Part shown: positions 9,858 through 19,108 of the stretch, piece after piece
Layout of the letters: every line of letters begins with the position of its first letter
Position numbering within the stretch: position 1 is the first letter of the stretch
Assembly: GCA_965228875.1 (NCBI GenBank)
Contig: OZ245843.1
Location: forward strand, 1,222,616-1,286,615
From: Thalassobaculaceae bacterium
Lineage (GTDB): Bacteria > Pseudomonadota > Alphaproteobacteria > Thalassobaculales > Thalassobaculaceae
DNA: 64,000 bases
Direction of reading: 5' to 3'
Position numbers and translations under genes: made by a program
The notes under the pieces: model-generated
What the model saw: only the letters and a program-made list of their open reading frames with translations
The model's database searches: none
What the model was told of the DNA's origin: nothing

Positions 9858-10862
9858 TCAGTCGTCGAGCCAGGACGGAACCGGCAGGCCCTTCTCGCGA
9901 AGGAACTCCGGGTTGAACAGCTTCGACTGGTAGCGCGTTCCGCCGTCGCAGAGAATGGTCACGATGGTGTGGCCCGGCCCCAGGTGCTCAGCCAGCTTGA
10001 TCGCGCCCATGACGTTGATCCCGGTCGAACCGCCAAGGCACAATCCCTCATCCTTCAGCAGATCGAAGACGACGGGCAGGGCCTCCTCGTCGCTGACCTG
10101 GAACGGCAGGTCGACGACGATGTCCTCCAGGTTCGCGGTAATCCGGCCCTGACCGATGCCTTCGGTGATGGACGATCCTTCGGCCTTGAGTTCGCCGTTG
10201 GCGTAGTGGCCGAAGATGGCGCTGCCCATCGGGTCGGCGAGGCCGATCCGGATGTCCTTGTTGCGCTCCTTCAGGGCCATGCTGACGCCGCCCAGCGTGC
10301 CGCCGCTGCCGACCGCGCAGATAAAGCCGTCCACCTTGCCGTCGGTCTGCTCCCAGATCTCCGGGCCCGTGGTCTCGTAGTGTCCCCTGCGGTTGGCGAC
10401 ATTGTCGAACTGATTGGCCCAGATGGCACCGTTCGGCTCGGTGGCGGCGATCTCCTCGGCCAGCCGGCCGGAGTAGCGCACGTAGTTGTTCGGGTCCTTG
10501 TAGGGGACGGCCGGCACCAGACGCAGATCGGCGCCGCAGAGCCGGAGCATATCCTTCTTCTCCTGGCTCTGGGTCTCGGGCATCACGATGACGCTGCGGT
10601 AGCCGAGGGCGTTTCCGACCAGCGACAGACCGATACCGGTGTTTCCGGCCGTTCCCTCGACGATCACGCCGCCGGGTTTCAGCAGACCCTTCTCCTCGGC
10701 ATCGCGGACGATGGCCAGCGCGGCGCGGTCCTTCACCGACCCGCCCGGATTGAGGAACTCCGCCTTGCCCAGGATCGTGCAGCCGGTGCGTTCCGACGCC
10801 GCCTTGAGCTTGATCAGGGGGGTGTTGCCGATCGCGCCGATGAAACCGTCACGCACGTCCAT
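9858..10862 (-). CDS. cysK: Cysteine synthase A
   Basis: KAEFLNPGGSVKDR, EGTAGNTG, QFDN, GSGGTL, EGIG. Confidence 0.92.
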   Translation of the reverse strand: MDVRDGFIGAIGNTPLIKLKAASERTGCTILGKAEFLNPGGSVKDRAALAIVRDAEEKGLLKPGGVIVEGTAGNTGIGLSLVGNALGYRSVIVMPETQSQEKKDMLRLCGADLRLVPAVPYKDPNNYVRYSGRLAEEIAATEPNGAIWANQFDNVANRRGHYETTGPEIWEQTDGKVDGFICAVGSGGTLGGVSMALKERNKDIRIGLADPMGSAIFGHYANGELKAEGSSITEGIGQGRITANLEDIVVDLPFQVSDEEALPVVFDLLKDEGLCLGGSTGINVMGAIKLAEHLGPGHTIVTILCDGGTRYQSKLFNPEFLREKGLPVPSWLDD

Positions 10863-11032
10863 GGGCCGTCTCCGTCCGTCACTCGTTGGCCGGCGCGGGA
10901 AGCGCCGATCTCGTTGAGCGGGAGCCTAGCCGGACGCGGGCGACGGATAAAGGCCGGCCGGCATCCCCGGGGGCGCCGGCCGGTCAAGACTGTGATCGCC
11001 GATCCGCATGATGGGTGTGAACGGGCGGCCGG

Positions 11033-11797
11033 TCAGGATCGACTGATCGACACACCGCCGTCCGCGAGCAGCGCCGTTCCGGTGACGAAACTGGACGCAT
11101 CGCTCGCCAGGTGAAGGGCCGTCTGGGCGATCTCCTCGGGTGCGGCGATGCGTTTGAGAGCATGAAGCCCGGCAATGTGGGCCCTGGCCTCGGGGGTGTC
11201 GGCCACGGTGGCGCCCATCGGCGTATCGGTTCCCCCCGGCAGCAGGGCGTTCACGCGGATTCCTTCCGCGCCGTACTCTGCGGCCAGCACCTTGGTCAGG
11301 CCGATCAGGCCCGCCTTGCTCGCCCCGTAGGCGGCCATGCCGGCGAAGCCGACCGTGTACCCAACGAAAGACGAGGTGAACAGGAGGGAGCCCCGCCCCC
11401 GCTTGAGCATCGCCGCGATCTGATGCTTGGCGTTGAGAAACGCGCTGGTCAGGTTGACGTCGAGGGTCTCGCGCCAGTCGGTCAGGGGCATCTGCGTTGC
11501 CGGACCGAGCGCCCCGAGGGTGCCGGCGTTGTTCAGGGCGATATCGAGGCCGCCGAAACGGTCCGAGGCGAGGGCGACGGCGTCCGCGGCGCAGGCTTCG
11601 TCGCGGACGTCACCGCACAGGGCCGTCGCGGCTCCGCCCCGGTCGGCGATCTCATCGATCAGTGACTCGAGACGGTCGCGGCTGCGGGCGACGGCGACGA
11701 TGCTGGCGCCGTGTTCCGCGAACAGGCGGGCGGCGGCACGCCCAATTCCGGAACTCGCTCCGGTGACGATGGCGGTCTTGCCGGCGAGAGTGGTCAT
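11033..11797 (-). CDS. SDR family oxidoreductase
   Basis: TGASSGIG, NNAG, YGASK, GIRVNAL. Confidence 0.9.
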   Translation of the reverse strand: MTTLAGKTAIVTGASSGIGRAAARLFAEHGASIVAVARSRDRLESLIDEIADRGGAATALCGDVRDEACAADAVALASDRFGGLDIALNNAGTLGALGPATQMPLTDWRETLDVNLTSAFLNAKHQIAAMLKRGRGSLLFTSSFVGYTVGFAGMAAYGASKAGLIGLTKVLAAEYGAEGIRVNALLPGGTDTPMGATVADTPEARAHIAGLHALKRIAAPEEIAQTALHLASDASSFVTGTALLADGGVSISRS

Positions 11798-11988
11798 GAT
11801 CCGTTTCCTTCCGGGTGCTGAGCCCGTGGGCCCGATGTCTACCGGAGGGAACCTGTCGTTCGGGATCGGTCGGCGATATCCGCGGATTGCGGCGGCGGTC
11901 AGGGAGCACCGGGACAGGTGGGCGCCTGAGACGGCGTCCGGCCGGGACACATCAGGGTCAGATGGGGGCCATCCGAAGCGAGCGGGCT

Positions 11989-12525
11989 TCAGCGGTCACC
12001 ATCGGCGAGCCGGGCGAGATGCGGGCCGAGCAGGCGGTAGTACATCTTCTCGCTCTTCAGCAGCGGCCCCATCGCCTCGTAGAAGCTTCGCGCCTTGTCA
12101 TTCCAGGGGTCGGCCGTCCAGTCCAACTGGGTCACGCCGCGCTCGACGCAGATCTCCGCCAGACGGGTCATCAGCCGACGGCCGATTCCCCCCGTCCGCG
12201 CCTTGCGGGTGACGAAAAGGTCCTGAATGAAGACCGCGCTCTGACAGTTGGCGAGGGCGAAGCTCTCGTTGAACGCGAGGAAGCCGACCGCCCGCTCGGG
12301 CGCGGTGGCGATCAGGATCTCCACGCTGGGCGGGTCGCGGAACGCCTTGTCGGCGATGACATGCGCCATGTACGAGCGCTGATAGCGCACCGGCAGGGAA
12401 TAGAAGGCGAGGAGTTCCTGGCTCAGCAGGGCGAGCGCGTCGGCATCCCCGGGGCGGGCAAAGCGGATCTCCACCGGCGCCGGATACCGGGCGCCATCGG
12501 CTACCGCTTCCTCCTCAACCGCCAT
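11989..12525 (-). CDS. GNAT N-acetyltransferase (SSAT-like)
   Basis: IQDLFV..KARTGGIGRRLM, WN.KARSFYEAMG; start uncertain. Confidence 0.8.
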   Translation of the reverse strand: MAVEEEAVADGARYPAPVEIRFARPGDADALALLSQELLAFYSLPVRYQRSYMAHVIADKAFRDPPSVEILIATAPERAVGFLAFNESFALANCQSAVFIQDLFVTRKARTGGIGRRLMTRLAEICVERGVTQLDWTADPWNDKARSFYEAMGPLLKSEKMYYRLLGPHLARLADGDR

Positions 12526-12568
12526 GTGGTAGAACCCCGTCAGTCCCCGCCATCCAACGAGATCGACC

Positions 12569-13795
12569 ATGGCTGTGCGTACGGAAAGTGTCAACTTCAC
12601 CGGGGCTTTGGGCGAGGCTCTGGCCGCCCGGATCGACAAACCGATCGGACCGGTGCGCGGCTACGCCCTGTTCGCCCATTGCTTCACCTGCTCCAAGGAC
12701 CTGGCGGCCGCCCGACGCATCGCCGGCGGCCTAGCGGAGCGGGGGATCGCGGTTTTCCGCTTCGACTTCACGGGGCTCGGCCACAGCGACGGGGAGTTCG
12801 CGAACACCAGCTTCGCCTCGAACGTCGAGGATCTTGTGGCGGCCGCCGACTTCATGCGCCGGACCTGGGCGGCGCCGACTGTCCTGATCGGCCATTCGCT
12901 CGGCGGCGCGGCGGTGCTCGCGGCCGGTGCGCGAATCGAGGAGGTGAAAGGCATCGCCACGATCGGCGCGCCGTCCGATCCGGTCCACGTCATCCATAAC
13001 TTCGCCGACCAAGTGGACGCGATCGAGCGCGACGGCGAGGCAGAGGTCAGACTTGGCGGCCGGGCGTTCCGCATCCGCCGGTCTTTCATCGACGATCTCA
13101 AGGAACATCGGCTCGAAGAAACCGTGGCTCAACTGCGCAAGGATCTGCTGATCTTCCACGCACCGCTCGACGAGACGGTGTCCGTGCGCAATGCCGCCGA
13201 CATCTTCCAGGCGGCCAGGCATCCCAAGAGCTTTATCTCGCTGGACCGGGCCGACCACCTGCTGACCCGACGCGAGGACAGCGCCTATGTCGCCGCCGTC
13301 CTGTCCGGCTGGGCGGAGCGATTTCTGCCGGCGATCGAGCCGGACGACCTGCATGCCACGGAGGGCGAGGTGGTGGTCGCCGACGCCCATGACGGGTTGT
13401 TTCCGCAATGGATCGCATCCGGCCCGCACCACCACATGCGATCGGACGAGCCGGTCAGTGTCGGCGGCACCGATTCCGGCCCCGCCCCCTACGACCTGCT
13501 GCTGGCCGGGCTCGGCGCCTGCACCAACATGACGATCAAGATGTACGCGTCGCGCAAGGGTTGGCCGATCGACCGGCTGGAGACCCACCTGCGCCACACC
13601 AAGGTCCATGCCGAGGACTGCGCCGACTGCGAGACCAGATCGGGCAAGGTCGATCGGATCGAGCGACGGCTGGTGATCGAGGGGCCACTCGACGCCGACC
13701 AGAGGGCCCGTCTGCGCGAGATCGCGGACAAGTGCCCGGTGCACCGTACCCTGCATTCGGAGATCTCGATCGTGACCACCATGAACGGCGACTGA
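12569..13795 (+). CDS. Bifunctional alpha/beta hydrolase-OsmC family protein
   Basis: FAHCFTC, GHSLGG nucleophile elbow; OsmC part LGACT, KCPVHRTL. Confidence 0.9.
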   Translation: MAVRTESVNFTGALGEALAARIDKPIGPVRGYALFAHCFTCSKDLAAARRIAGGLAERGIAVFRFDFTGLGHSDGEFANTSFASNVEDLVAAADFMRRTWAAPTVLIGHSLGGAAVLAAGARIEEVKGIATIGAPSDPVHVIHNFADQVDAIERDGEAEVRLGGRAFRIRRSFIDDLKEHRLEETVAQLRKDLLIFHAPLDETVSVRNAADIFQAARHPKSFISLDRADHLLTRREDSAYVAAVLSGWAERFLPAIEPDDLHATEGEVVVADAHDGLFPQWIASGPHHHMRSDEPVSVGGTDSGPAPYDLLLAGLGACTNMTIKMYASRKGWPIDRLETHLRHTKVHAEDCADCETRSGKVDRIERRLVIEGPLDADQRARLREIADKCPVHRTLHSEISIVTTMNGD

Positions 13796-13804
13796 GGTGG
13801 TCGT

Positions 13805-14293
13805 ATGGTGACCCTCCACCTGCTTCGTCACGCCAAATCCGATTGGGATGGGGGCGAGCCGGATCACGACCGCCCGCTGGCCCCGCGCGGCGAACGGGCC
13901 GCGGCGGCGATGGCCGTCTATTGCCGCCAGCATGGAATCGCGCCCGACCTGGTGGTGTGCTCGACGGCCCGCCGCACCCTCGACACCCTGGCGCTGCTGC
14001 GTGCCGGCCTGCCGGAAACGCTCCGGGTCGAAACCACGCGCGACCTGTACGAGGTCGGTGCCACGCGAATCCTCGCGCGGTTGCGGTCGATCCCGGAGGA
14101 CGTGCGCGTGGCACTCGTGGTCGGCCACAACCCGGGCATGGAGGACACGGTGCGCCTGCTGACCGGCGGCGGCGTGGGCGCCAAGTTCCCCACCGGCGCC
14201 ATCGCCACCCTGGAGGCGGCCGGGGACTGGGCGACGTTGGCGCCCGGATGTGCGGAACTGCGTCGTTTCGTGACGCCCAAGGACCTTGTATGA
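13805..14293 (+). CDS. Histidine phosphatase family protein (SixA-like)
   Basis: LLRHAKS, DHDRPL..RG, VGHNPG. Confidence 0.88.
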   Translation: MVTLHLLRHAKSDWDGGEPDHDRPLAPRGERAAAAMAVYCRQHGIAPDLVVCSTARRTLDTLALLRAGLPETLRVETTRDLYEVGATRILARLRSIPEDVRVALVVGHNPGMEDTVRLLTGGGVGAKFPTGAIATLEAAGDWATLAPGCAELRRFVTPKDLV

Positions 14294-16277
14294 CGGCACC
14301 GATCCGCCCTCGGCCGTCTTCGAACCGACCCCGGAAAGTGCCAGCCCAGACATGCTGATCATCGGTCTGCAATGCGGCCACGACGCTGCGGTCACCGTCC
14401 TCGCCGACGGCAAGGTGCTTGTGCACCTGGAACGGGAGCGCAAGACCCGGGAACGGCACGCCGCCGCGATGTCGGCCGACCTCATAGACGATGCGTTGGC
14501 GTTTTGCGACGTGTCTCCCCAGGACATCGACTACTTCGCGCTCTGCACGACCCAGGCGATGGGCTATGGCTCGACGGCGGGCGAACGCCTGAAGTTCGAC
14601 TACGACTGGGCGACGGCGGAGCGGATCGGCGACCACCGGTTCAGCCGCACCATGTACCGCCGGGTACTGGGGATGCTCGACCTGCTGCCGCTTCGGGTGG
14701 CCAACACCGACCGGGGCGAGTCCAACTGCTTCAACGTTGAATGGCCCGACGCCGCGCCCTCGACGTGGTTCAACCCGCACGGCATGGGTGGGGTTGAGAC
14801 CGCCGGCGAGGAGGCCGTCCGGCCGCTGTTCGATCGCGACGACTACGAAGGTGCCTATGCCCTGCCGATGCGGGTCACCTATGACGGGCGGACCTACCCG
14901 GCGGTTGGAACGCTGCATCAGCTCGCCCATGCGGCGGCCGCGTTCTACCAGTCGCCGTTCGACGCCGCGCCCGTCCTCGCCCATGACAACGGATCACCGA
15001 TGGAGGATCTCGGCTACCGCGGCGGCATGATGTTCTACGGGGAGGGGACGCGGCTGCGCCCCGTCTGGCGCGCGCGGATCGCCGCGGGGCTGATCTATGC
15101 CCGTAGCGCCTGGCTGCTGACGCTTGGCGGGATGCCAGGGCCGGGCAAGCTCATGGGGCTGTCGGCGTACGGGACGCCGGAGTTCTTCGATCCCCGCTTC
15201 ATCGGCGACTCGGTGGCGCTGGGTGGACTCTACAGCCCAGCGAGACTGCGCAACTACCGCAGCGAGAAGCGCTGGGACGCGGTGCGCGGGTGGTTCGCCG
15301 CGATGGAGAATGCGGCCCATCGCGCCGGCTACGGGCCGCTGGAGGAAGCGTTCTCGCCGCTCGGCAAACAGGTCGCCGCGACCGCGCAGAAGACGTTCGA
15401 GGAACTGGTCCTCTACACCATGCAGCGGTTCGAGACGCTGCTGCGAAAGGCCGGCCGGCCCGTCGCGGACGCCTGTTTCAGCGGCGGCTGCGCCCTGAAC
15501 TGTCCGACCAACTCCCGGATCGTCGAGACGACACGCTTCACACGGCTGTTCGTGCCGCCGTCCTGCGACGATGGCGGCCTGTCCACCGGCGCCGCTCTCT
15601 ATCTCTACCACCATATTCTCGACGGCCCGCGGCGCGAGACGTCGTCGCTCGACCGCAACGTCGCCTATCTGGGGCGGGAGGCGTCGGAGGGCGAGGTATC
15701 GGCCGCGCTGTCGGCCCGGTCCGGGGCACTCGAGGTGGAGGAGGGCGTGGACACCGCGTCACGGGTTGCCGAGGATCTGGCCGACGACCGGGTGGTCGCG
15801 GTGTTCGACGGGCGGGCCGAGAGCGGTCCGCGCGCGCTTGGCCACCGCTCGCTGCTGGCCGATCCGCGCCGCCGCGAGACCTGGGACCGGGTCAACCGGA
15901 TCAAGCGCCGGGAGTGGTGGCGTCCGTTCGCGCCGGCCTGCCTGGCGGAGCGGCTGCGCGATCATTTCGACGGCGGGCCCGAGCATTCGCCGCACATGCT
16001 GTTCAACTACCGCGTCCGCTCCGACGCCCTGGGGGCGGTAACCCATGTGGACGGCACGGCCCGGACCCAGACCGTGGGCCGGGACGGCGGCACGTTCAGG
16101 GCGATCATCGAGGCGTTCGAGGACCGCACCGGTCTCCCGGTCGTCCTCAATACCTCGTTCAACGGGCCGGGCGAGCCCATCGTCGACACCGCCGACGACG
16201 CGCTGCGCTTCATCGAAACCAGCGAAGCCGACGCCCTGTATATCGGAGGGCGCCGGATCAGCCGGCGAGGCGGATAG
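14286..16277 (+). CDS. O-carbamoyltransferase, NodU/CmcH/TobZ family, copy 1
   Basis: GHDAA, ELER-like motif, HQLAHA, GKLMGLSAYG, SGGCALN, GPRALGHRSLLADPR, KRREWWRPFAP, HVDGTAR.QTV, LNTSFN; start may be Met at 14352. Confidence 0.9.
   Translation: MYDGTDPPSAVFEPTPESASPDMLIIGLQCGHDAAVTVLADGKVLVHLERERKTRERHAAAMSADLIDDALAFCDVSPQDIDYFALCTTQAMGYGSTAGERLKFDYDWATAERIGDHRFSRTMYRRVLGMLDLLPLRVANTDRGESNCFNVEWPDAAPSTWFNPHGMGGVETAGEEAVRPLFDRDDYEGAYALPMRVTYDGRTYPAVGTLHQLAHAAAAFYQSPFDAAPVLAHDNGSPMEDLGYRGGMMFYGEGTRLRPVWRARIAAGLIYARSAWLLTLGGMPGPGKLMGLSAYGTPEFFDPRFIGDSVALGGLYSPARLRNYRSEKRWDAVRGWFAAMENAAHRAGYGPLEEAFSPLGKQVAATAQKTFEELVLYTMQRFETLLRKAGRPVADACFSGGCALNCPTNSRIVETTRFTRLFVPPSCDDGGLSTGAALYLYHHILDGPRRETSSLDRNVAYLGREASEGEVSAALSARSGALEVEEGVDTASRVAEDLADDRVVAVFDGRAESGPRALGHRSLLADPRRRETWDRVNRIKRREWWRPFAPACLAERLRDHFDGGPEHSPHMLFNYRVRSDALGAVTHVDGTARTQTVGRDGGTFRAIIEAFEDRTGLPVVLNTSFNGPGEPIVDTADDALRFIETSEADALYIGGRRISRRGG
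15627..16240 (+). repeat. 614-bp direct repeat, copy A (3' part of carbamoyltransferase 1)
   Basis: Matches 17607-18220 at an offset of 1980 with 9 mismatches counted by eye. Confidence 0.95.
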
Positions 16278-16334
16278 AGTGACCGACACGACGCAGACCC
16301 ATCCTCGTTCGATCTCGATGTTCCGGAGCCCTCC

Positions 16335-18260
16335 ATGCTGATTGTCGGGCTGCAATGCGGGCACGATGCCGCCGTCACCGTGCTCGTCGACGGCGAGATC
16401 CGTGTGCATCTGGAACTCGAACGCAAGATCCGCACCCGTCACGCCGGGCCGATGATGGCAGAACTGATCGATGACGCGCTGTCCATGTGCGGCGTCGCCG
16501 CCGCCGAGATCGATCTGTTCGCCCTGTGTACGACCCAGGGATCGAGCTACGGCTCGACCGACGGCGCCCGGCTCAGGTTCGACTACGACTGGCGGACCGC
16601 CGAGCGGCTGGGCGAGCACCGCTTCAGCGAGGCGCTCTACAAGCGCGCGTGCGTTCTGGAGGCGCAGCCGAAACGCGGACCCGGAAACACCGACAGCGGG
16701 CCGACCAGGCTGCTCAACACCGAGTGGCCGCCGAACCTGCCGGAACTCTGGGCGGATCCGGCGGGGATGGGGGCGATCGACACCGCCGATCCGGATGATC
16801 TCTCAGCGCTGTTCGACGCTGGCGACCCGACCCGCAGCTATGTGCTGCCGATGCGGGTGACCTTCGACGGGCAGGCGTTTGCCGCGGTCGGCGTGCTGCA
16901 TCAGCTCGCCCATGCCGCCGCCGCGTTCTATCAGTCGCCGTTCGAGGCGGCGCCGATCATCGCCCACGACAACGGTGCGCCGTTCGAACATCTGGGCTAT
17001 CGGGGCGGGATGATCTTCTATGGCGAGGGCAACCGGCTGATCCCGCTGTGGCGTGCGCGGATCGCGGCCGGCCTGCTCTATTCGCGCACCGCGTGGCGTC
17101 TGGGGCTCGGCCGCATGCCGGGGCCCGGCAAGCTCATGGGGCTGTCGGCCTACGGGCCCGCCGAGTTCTACGACGGACGGTTCATCGGCGACGCGGTCGC
17201 CCTGTCGGATGTCTACGATCCGCCCGGGCTCGCGGGCTACGAGGATCGGATGTGGGATGGTCTGCGCGGGTGGTTCGCGGCGGTGGATACGGCGGCGGCG
17301 GCGGCCGGTTTCGGCGACGCGGACGACCCCTTTTCCCCACTCGGTCACCGCATGGCGGCGACGGCGCAGAAGACGTTCGAGGAACTGGTCCTCTACACGG
17401 TGGAGCGTACGCGGCTGCTGCTCGACAGGACGGGGCGGTCGACCGGCCCCCTGTGCCTGAGCGGCGGGTGCGCCCTGAACTGCCCGACCAATTCGCGGAT
17501 CGTCGAGGAGACGGTGTTCGATAAGGTCTTCGTTCCCCCGTCCTGCGACGATGGCGGCCTGTCCACCGGCGCCGCCCTGTTGGTGCAGCACCACGTCCTC
17601 GGACAGCCGCGGCGCGAGACGTCGTCGCTCGACCGCAACGTCGCCTATCTGGGGCGGGAGGCGTCGGAGGGTGAGGTATCGGCCGCGCTGTCGGCCCGGT
17701 CCGGGGCACTCGAGGTGGAGGAGGGCGTGGACACCGCGTCACGGGTTGCCGAGGATCTGGCCGACGACCGGGTGGTCGCGGTGTTCGACGGGCGGGCCGA
17801 GAGCGGTCCGCGCGCGCTTGGCCACCGCTCGCTGCTGGCCGATCCGCGCCGCCGCGAGACCTGGGACCGGGTCAACCGGATCAAGCGCCGGGAGTGGTGG
17901 CGTCCGTTCGCGCCGGCCTGCCTGGCGGAGCGGCTGCGCGATCATTTCGACGGCGGGCCCGAGCATTCGCCGCACATGCTGTTCAACTACCGCGTCCGTT
18001 CCGACTCCCTGGGAGCGGTGACCCATGTGGACGGCACGGCCCGGACCCAGACCGTGGGCCGGGACGGCGGCACGTTCAGGGCGATCATCGAGGCGTTCGA
18101 GGACCGCACCGGCCTCCCGGTCGTCCTCAACACCTCGTTCAACGGACCGGGCGAGCCCATTGTCGACACCGCCGACGACGCGCTGCGCTTCATCGAAACC
18201 AGCGAAGCCGACGCCCTGTACATTAAAAACAGAAGAATATCCCGGCGACGCGACCGATAA
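16335..18260 (+). CDS. O-carbamoyltransferase, NodU/CmcH/TobZ family, copy 2
   Basis: Same motif set as copy 1; C-terminal third nearly identical. Confidence 0.9.
   Translation: MLIVGLQCGHDAAVTVLVDGEIRVHLELERKIRTRHAGPMMAELIDDALSMCGVAAAEIDLFALCTTQGSSYGSTDGARLRFDYDWRTAERLGEHRFSEALYKRACVLEAQPKRGPGNTDSGPTRLLNTEWPPNLPELWADPAGMGAIDTADPDDLSALFDAGDPTRSYVLPMRVTFDGQAFAAVGVLHQLAHAAAAFYQSPFEAAPIIAHDNGAPFEHLGYRGGMIFYGEGNRLIPLWRARIAAGLLYSRTAWRLGLGRMPGPGKLMGLSAYGPAEFYDGRFIGDAVALSDVYDPPGLAGYEDRMWDGLRGWFAAVDTAAAAAGFGDADDPFSPLGHRMAATAQKTFEELVLYTVERTRLLLDRTGRSTGPLCLSGGCALNCPTNSRIVEETVFDKVFVPPSCDDGGLSTGAALLVQHHVLGQPRRETSSLDRNVAYLGREASEGEVSAALSARSGALEVEEGVDTASRVAEDLADDRVVAVFDGRAESGPRALGHRSLLADPRRRETWDRVNRIKRREWWRPFAPACLAERLRDHFDGGPEHSPHMLFNYRVRSDSLGAVTHVDGTARTQTVGRDGGTFRAIIEAFEDRTGLPVVLNTSFNGPGEPIVDTADDALRFIETSEADALYIKNRRISRRRDR
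17607..18220 (+). repeat. 614-bp direct repeat, copy B (3' part of carbamoyltransferase 2)
   Basis: Matches 15627-16240. Confidence 0.95.
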
Positions 18261-18397
18261 TCCACTCACACGATAGTATTCAGCGCGCGGATTCATGGGT
18301 GATTAGACGCCCTAAGGACTACCTGCCCTTAAAGAACTGAGGAGACCCCGCCGGGCTATACATGGCGGCTCATGCAACCCCTTGTAAGGAGAGGGAA

Positions 18398-19108
18398 ATG
18401 AGCACGCCTTATACGCTTGCGGTCATCCGGAATCATCTTGTCACGGCCGAGGCCGGTCGGATCTCATCGTTTCTCGACGACAGCCAGGACTGGCTGGATC
18501 GTCGCCGCCTCCACCTGAGCATCCATCAGGACTTCGACCGCTTCATCCCCCTGTTCGAACGACTCGGCGAGATCGGCGCGTTCGCCGGGTTTCGAGTGGC
18601 GCCTACCGGGTTCTGGTTCGAGGTGCGCCGGGACGATCTGCCTGTCGCAACCTACGCGGCGTACCTGATACCGCTGATCGGCACCCTGAAGGAGCATGTC
18701 GAGGACAGAGGGTGGTACGACGGTGCTCAGGACCGGTGGCGGTTCCACGGCGAGGCGAACCGGCTGGCCGAGTCGATCTCCGGCACGGTGATGTTCAACG
18801 GCGGCATCGCCGTCCATCGCGACTATCGAAGCAAGGGCCGACACCGCGCGCTTCGGGTCTCCCTCGACCTGCTGCCGAGGATGTCGATGATCGGACGCGT
18901 CCTCGGCTACGGCCTGTTCGGTGCCGATGGCGGCGTCTTCATGGCCAAACAGGGGAACATGCCGATCAAGGCGGGAACCGGGCCGCAGGCCGTGGCCGAA
19001 TCGGTCGAGTGGATCACCCCGTCCGGCGTTCTCGGTCCGCGTTCGCTGGGCTGGACGTCGTCGCAGGTGGCTCTGGCAAGAGCTTTGGCTGCGCGACCCG
19101 AGCGCTGA
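18398..19108 (+). CDS. Hypothetical protein, GNAT-fold-like; paralogue of 58608-59321
   Basis: RBS AAGGAG before ATG 18398; ISGTVMFNGGIAVHRDYRSKG resembles GNAT motif A; aligns by eye to the 58608-59321 protein. Confidence 0.65.
   Translation: MSTPYTLAVIRNHLVTAEAGRISSFLDDSQDWLDRRRLHLSIHQDFDRFIPLFERLGEIGAFAGFRVAPTGFWFEVRRDDLPVATYAAYLIPLIGTLKEHVEDRGWYDGAQDRWRFHGEANRLAESISGTVMFNGGIAVHRDYRSKGRHRALRVSLDLLPRMSMIGRVLGYGLFGADGGVFMAKQGNMPIKAGTGPQAVAESVEWITPSGVLGPRSLGWTSSQVALARALAARPER

Noticed and set aside
15627..18220. Diversity-generating retroelement TR/VR pair
   Set aside because: The mismatches are not adenine-specific (mostly C/T and G/A at silent positions), both copies are coding, and there is no reverse transcriptase in the window
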